NCBI GenBank assembly: GCA_002898395.1
Contig: BEHE01000012.1
Coordinates: 1-64,000, forward strand
Direction: 5' to 3'
DNA from: Candidatus Calditenuaceae archaeon HR02
GTDB taxonomy: Archaea > Thermoproteota > Nitrososphaeria_A > Caldarchaeales > Calditenuaceae
DNA: 64,000 nt
This document shows, piece by piece, positions 59,291 to 64,000 of this stretch. The notes under the pieces are model-generated. The model did not search any database, was not told the DNA's origin, and saw only the letters and a list, made by a program, of their open reading frames with translations. The stretch's first letter is position 1. Each line of letters starts with the position of its first letter. A program made the position numbers and the translations under genes.

Positions 59291-60237
59291 TGCATGTGTT
59301 AATCTTGGCCCGCGAATTGGATGAGCTACTCGAACTGAGGGCTGTAGCAGATCAGATAGGTGCATTGGAGGTGGAGACCCTTGTCCCAAAGGCAATGACT
59401 AACGGTGAGGACTTAGCATCGCTGGGATTGAGGCGCGCTTATTTCCTCGAGGGGTTTGACGATATTTCCCCAGATGGGCTCAAAAAAATTGTTATCGACT
59501 TGGTAGGGAAGGTAGAGCCTAGCCTGGTTTTGGGGCCGTCCAAGAAGGTTTTCCGGGAGCTCTTTGCAAGAGTGGCTCACAACCTTGCATCGCCATGTCT
59601 GACGGATTGCACCAGCCTAGAGTTTTCTGGGGGGAGACTAGTTGTAGAGAGACCGTTCCTAGGTGGGGGTTATGTCGAGAGGCTAGCAGTTAAGAAGCTT
59701 CCCGCATTTCTGACTATCCAGATGACTGGGAGGAGGCCGAAAATTAGGGAGAGGAACGGCCCCGAAAAAGTAGAGCTCAGCAAGCCTTCATCTGAGGATT
59801 TTAGTCTGAGGCGCGTCTCAGTAGAGAGGGTCGAGAGAGGTGGGGCTGACCTAGCCAAGGCACGCATAGTAGTCTCTGTCGGCCGCGGATTTAAGAGGCG
59901 AGAGGACTTGAAGTTGGCTGAAGAACTTGCCCAGCTCTTAGGTGCGGACTTGGCGTGTAGTAGGCCGCTCGCGAGCGATTTAGGGTGGATGCCTGAGGAA
60001 AAGCATGTAGGATTATCGGGCAAGTGGATAAGCCCCCAGCTCTACATTGCCATAGGCATATCTGGTCAGGTGCAGCACATGGTGGGGGTTAGGAATTCAA
60101 GAATAATCGTGGCTGTAAATAATGACACTTCGGCACCCATCCATAGAGAGGCGGACTATTCAGTACCTCTAGACCTATATCAGTTCATTCCAGCCCTGAT
60201 CACGGTGTTGCGGGAGAAGGGGGTACGCGCCACGTGA
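59290..60237 (+). CDS. etfA: electron transfer flavoprotein alpha subunit
   Basis: SVGRG, CSRP, VGLSG, GISGQVQH. Confidence 0.93.
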   Translation: MHVLILARELDELLELRAVADQIGALEVETLVPKAMTNGEDLASLGLRRAYFLEGFDDISPDGLKKIVIDLVGKVEPSLVLGPSKKVFRELFARVAHNLASPCLTDCTSLEFSGGRLVVERPFLGGGYVERLAVKKLPAFLTIQMTGRRPKIRERNGPEKVELSKPSSEDFSLRRVSVERVERGGADLAKARIVVSVGRGFKRREDLKLAEELAQLLGADLACSRPLASDLGWMPEEKHVGLSGKWISPQLYIAIGISGQVQHMVGVRNSRIIVAVNNDTSAPIHREADYSVPLDLYQFIPALITVLREKGVRAT

Positions 60238-60272
60238 ATAGCTATTAGAATGAGTCGTGGTGTAGGTGTGGG

Positions 60273-61100
60273 TTGAGAGTGGCATTTCAAGGCGAGAGAG
60301 GGGCGTACAGTGAAGAGGCTGTGATACTATACTTCGGCCTGGAGGCTGAGCCCCAGCCGCGAAAGACCATCTCCGCAGTCTTCATGAGCGTGGAGGCGGG
60401 CGAGGTGGAGGCAGGCGTTGTACCAGTAGAGAATAGTATTGAGGGAAGCGTTGGCGAGACCTACGACGCCCTTTTAACTACGAGCCTCAAGGTTATAGGC
60501 GAGTTGAACCTGAGAATTTCCCACTGTCTAATCGGGCTGCCCGGCACATCGATAGACAGTCTTAAGAAGGTCGTATCACACCCCCAGGCCCTCGCCCAGT
60601 GTAGGGCATACATCGCCTCTTTAGGCCTCGAGACAGTCAGCCACTACGACACGGCTGCTGCGGTCCGATATGTGAAGGAGCTAGGAGACAAGACCGTCGC
60701 AGCAATAGCAAGTGCGAGGGCTGCCGAAATATACTCAATGGAGATTTTGGCGAGAGGAATCGAGGATTATGGTCGAAATTATACTAGGTTCTTGGTTATA
60801 GGTCGCGGAGAGCCAGATAGGGCGGAAAAGGAGAAGACAAGCATTATCTTCTCACTCCCCCACAGGCCCGGCGCTCTATATGAGGCCCTCGGAGCCTTTG
60901 CGAAACGGGGAATAAATCTGACAAAAATAGAGTCCAGACCTACGAGGGCCAGGCCCTGGCAATACCACTTTTACGTAGACTTCGAGGGCCACATAAGTGA
61001 TGAGAAGGTCCGCGAAGCATTGTCAGAGCTCGCGACTAAGTCTATTCTTCTGAAGGTCCTTGGCTCATACCCTGCCTGGCAGGACAACCCCTCTGACTAA
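60273..61100 (+). CDS. pheA: prephenate dehydratase
   Basis: QGERGAYSE, PVENSIEG, SHPQAL, NYTRF, IESRP ACT domain. Confidence 0.95.
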   Translation: MRVAFQGERGAYSEEAVILYFGLEAEPQPRKTISAVFMSVEAGEVEAGVVPVENSIEGSVGETYDALLTTSLKVIGELNLRISHCLIGLPGTSIDSLKKVVSHPQALAQCRAYIASLGLETVSHYDTAAAVRYVKELGDKTVAAIASARAAEIYSMEILARGIEDYGRNYTRFLVIGRGEPDRAEKEKTSIIFSLPHRPGALYEALGAFAKRGINLTKIESRPTRARPWQYHFYVDFEGHISDEKVREALSELATKSILLKVLGSYPAWQDNPSD

Positions 61101-61137
61101 GCTAGGAATCTTAGGAGCTTAGTCTAATCTTAGGAAC

Positions 61138-62799
61138 CTATGTCACGCTCAGTAGTGAGAGGTTTAGCTCGCATCCTACGACAGGCATGTAGAGGCCGAA
61201 GTTCTCCAGCACTGAGGGGTGTATCTCGCCTATGAAGCCAACCTCTACACCCTCCCTTACTACTGCGGCTCCGCGGCCGGGGATGAAGAAGGGATAATCC
61301 TTCGCGGTCAAGTTGTTCTCTAACTCGAATAGGCGGAGAACCTCCTCTAACACCGCCTTCAACTCGGAGAAAGACGCAGTGGAGTGGCATATGACGAAGG
61401 CTAGGTGTGTCTCTCTCCCAGCCCTCTCTGGTAGCGTATCGTTTCTTACGATCACGTCTCCGAGTTCGAACAGCCTTTGCGGATACGGGTTTTTTGAGTT
61501 GGCGGCGAGGTTTGAGAGAATACCAGGGAGCAGGAGCTCCCTCAAACAATCATACATTATGGAGACCGGGTTCAATATCTTCACTCCAGGCTCCCGGTTT
61601 ATGAGCATCCAGTTAAAGTCTCTCTCCGTGTTAGAGAGTGTTGTGTTAACTACTTCAGTAAAGCCCATCCCCAGCATAAACCGTCTCAGAACATCCAGTA
61701 TCTTCGACGCTGGGAGTAGAGCTCCTATTCCTGCAGTCTCTGGGAGCACCGGCTCGAGGTTCTCATAACCAATACCTATTGCAACCTCCTCGACTAGATC
61801 GACGGGATGAAGGATGTCGACCCTATAGGGCGGCACGCTCACAATCACCCCTCCGCGTGACGCTTTAGCGTCAAGCCTCATCCTGCGCAAAGCCTTCACA
61901 ATGTCTCTAGTAGATAGTTCTAAACCGATGAGAGAAGACGCGAGGCTCGGATCCAAGAGCCACTTGGTGGTAGAGAGGTTGGGGGTGTAGATTTGTCTCC
62001 GTTTGCCTTTGTATCTTATCAGTGTCTTATATGCGACGCCACCTAGGTCTATCAGCGTCGTGACCAGTATGTTGAGAGCTTGATTCACAGTCTTCTCGTC
62101 CGTGCCCGTTACGTCTATGAAGAGCTCCCGCGTCTCAGGCCTCAGCTCTGTCAGAGAGGAATTGATTATGGGTGGGAAGGAGAGAACGTTTCCCCGACTA
62201 TCCAGTATTATTGGCGCCAAGTCCTTACCTTGGAGTATCCAAGCATACTTCCTTCCCGTCGGATGTTCAGCGAGTATCTGCTGAGGTGTCATCTCTTGGT
62301 AGTAGCCGAGCGGGATGAAGCGAATCTCCGAGAGGCCAACTGCCCGGTAGGTGAATGGTGGGCGAACCTTTGCGTAGTCGTGTAGTCCGATGGCGATTTT
62401 TCGGCGGTCGCGGCCGAGAATCCAGTGGAGGTCCTCCTGCAGGGCTATGAGGTCCGCTATATCCTCCTCGCCCAGGATTAATGAGCGGACCAGTGCACAG
62501 GCAATATAGGGTCTCACGGACTCGACGCTTCTTTCGACCTCCACAACGACGCTAGAGGGTCTCGCCGAGTATCTTCTCGCCCCCAGCTCGATCTCGAGAA
62601 GACCTTTAAATGCCCTTGCAACAGAGACTTGGCTGCCGAAGTCTGGGCGGTTTGGGTTATATTCGACTTTGACCTCAGCTTCCCCCACCTCCTCGACAGA
62701 CATGCCCAAGGCGGCCGCCAGGTCTGCAATCTGGTTGGGGGATAGCTGGGCACCTACAAACCTAGACACCCTGTCAACTTTCAACGTGATTGCCGGCAT
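61138..62799 (-). CDS. pheT: phenylalanine-tRNA ligase beta subunit
   Basis: NRPD, AIGLHD, SFPPIINS, DILHPVDLVEEVAI. Confidence 0.95.
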   Translation of the reverse strand: MPAITLKVDRVSRFVGAQLSPNQIADLAAALGMSVEEVGEAEVKVEYNPNRPDFGSQVSVARAFKGLLEIELGARRYSARPSSVVVEVERSVESVRPYIACALVRSLILGEEDIADLIALQEDLHWILGRDRRKIAIGLHDYAKVRPPFTYRAVGLSEIRFIPLGYYQEMTPQQILAEHPTGRKYAWILQGKDLAPIILDSRGNVLSFPPIINSSLTELRPETRELFIDVTGTDEKTVNQALNILVTTLIDLGGVAYKTLIRYKGKRRQIYTPNLSTTKWLLDPSLASSLIGLELSTRDIVKALRRMRLDAKASRGGVIVSVPPYRVDILHPVDLVEEVAIGIGYENLEPVLPETAGIGALLPASKILDVLRRFMLGMGFTEVVNTTLSNTERDFNWMLINREPGVKILNPVSIMYDCLRELLLPGILSNLAANSKNPYPQRLFELGDVIVRNDTLPERAGRETHLAFVICHSTASFSELKAVLEEVLRLFELENNLTAKDYPFFIPGRGAAVVREGVEVGFIGEIHPSVLENFGLYMPVVGCELNLSLLSVT

Positions 62800-62801
62800 A
62801 A

Positions 62802-64000
62802 CTAGCCACTCACCCTGGCCCTCTCGAGCTTAAGAGGATTGAAGCTGAGGAGCCACCTCAGGTCATTTTGGTAGAGGGCCCGTACATCATTTACGTCAAG
62901 TAGTAGGATGGCGAGTCGCTCGAGTCCTAGACCCCAGGCGAGGACCGGCTCCTTAACCCCGAGAGGCAAAGTCACCTCAGGTCTGAAGATGCCCATGCCG
63001 CCGAGCTCAACCCAGCTCCCCTTACCCTCAACGTAGACGTCCACCTCCGCTGAGGGTTCTGTGTAGGGGAAGTAGCTGGGCCTGAACCTGACCTTTTTAA
63101 GCCCCATCCGCGAGTAAAACTCCTTTATTAAGCCCATTAGCTGTCTTAAGTTTGCGTTTCTATCGACTAGTATGCCTTCCACTTGGTGGAACTCGGCCAG
63201 TCTCCGCCAGTCGACCTTCTCGTTACGGAAGACCCTGTCTACTGTGAAGACTTTCAGGGGCCTCTTCGGGGACTGGGCGAGATGCCGTATAGTGGTTGCT
63301 GTAGTGTGTGTTCTCAGAACTAGGCGTGAAGCCTCTTCAACGCTCCACTCATAACCCCAACCCCTAGAGCCTGTCCCCCCACCGTCGCGATGGACCCTGC
63401 CAACCCTGGCGGAGAGCTCGTTCGGGGGCTCCCCAGTGGCGGGGTTTGAGAGATAGAAAGTGTCGTGCATCTCTCTGGCCGGGTGGTCCTGCGGCTGAAA
63501 GAGGGCGTCGAAGTTCCAGAACGCGAGCTCTACTAGGGGCCCCTGTATCTCCTCGAACCCCAGCTCCACGAAGATGGACTTGATTAGCTGGATGAGGTGA
63601 GTTAGGGGGTGTTGCCTCGGCCCCTGCACTGGCTTAACCGGCGCATAAATATCATATCTCCTAAACCTCTTCTCTCTCCACGCCCCGCTGATAAGAAGCT
63701 CGGGGGTTAGCTGGGTAATCTCCTCCCTCTCCACAAGCGCCTCGGGGGGGAGGCTCAGAGCTTTCTTAGTAGGTGTGAGAACATATCTCGACACTTCGCT
63801 AATCCTTAACACCTTTGGTCTTCGGCTTAACCTCTCACAGGCTGGCTGGAGCGGGCCCATATCCTCAAGCCTCGCAGCCCCCCTCTTCAAGATCTCGAGG
63901 ACCAGCTCGTCGTCGGTTTTTGAGTCGGGATATCTTTCGATTCGGAGCCTAACCTCGCCATCGGATTTGGAGACAGTTATCCAACCATTCCTCTTCGCCC
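62802..64000 (-). CDS. pheS: phenylalanine-tRNA ligase alpha subunit (5' end outside window)
   Basis: WNFDALFQPQDHPAR, LRTHTT, EFHQVEG, YFPYTEPS, GLGLERL. Confidence 0.96.
   Translation of the reverse strand, partial: AKRNGWITVSKSDGEVRLRIERYPDSKTDDELVLEILKRGAARLEDMGPLQPACERLSRRPKVLRISEVSRYVLTPTKKALSLPPEALVEREEITQLTPELLISGAWREKRFRRYDIYAPVKPVQGPRQHPLTHLIQLIKSIFVELGFEEIQGPLVELAFWNFDALFQPQDHPAREMHDTFYLSNPATGEPPNELSARVGRVHRDGGGTGSRGWGYEWSVEEASRLVLRTHTTATTIRHLAQSPKRPLKVFTVDRVFRNEKVDWRRLAEFHQVEGILVDRNANLRQLMGLIKEFYSRMGLKKVRFRPSYFPYTEPSAEVDVYVEGKGSWVELGGMGIFRPEVTLPLGVKEPVLAWGLGLERLAILLLDVNDVRALYQNDLRWLLSFNPLKLERARVSG

Noticed and set aside
61101-61140. AATCTTAGGA twice between pheA and pheT
   Set aside because: 10-bp local duplication with no further support

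Overview
Gene-dense archaeal chromosome segment. The gene content (rps4e, rpl10e, Spt5, aRF1, Top6B, Dim2, SMC-ScpA-ScpB, NirK, intron-containing tRNAs without encoded CCA) suggests a thermophilic TACK archaeon, possibly Aigarchaeota/Caldarchaeales; the taxonomy is inference only. It is mostly housekeeping: a partial S10/spc ribosomal cluster, rpl1/rpl11/spt5/secE, rps12, pheST, sdhCDB, etfBA and three tRNAs. It also holds a nirK-sco locus, a nest of decayed IS110/IS6 elements and several unexplained non-coding features. The main unexplained signals are: (1) a ~220-nt, G-U-biased, rod/three-way structured RNA candidate at 7345-7566, divergent from nirK and capped by two near-identical hairpins; (2) a ~130-165 bp dispersed element in 4 copies with a TATA-like core and a shared sharp end, tied to a LAGLIDADG remnant, one copy supplying the promoter and start of thrB; (3) an in-phase A_AAA_AAG -1 frameshift site in an isoprenoid-alcohol-kinase-like gene; (4) two tail-to-tail deoxyhypusine synthase paralogs; (5) a split-barrel flavoprotein-MenA fusion operon. 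All calls come from motif recognition by eye; no searches were run.
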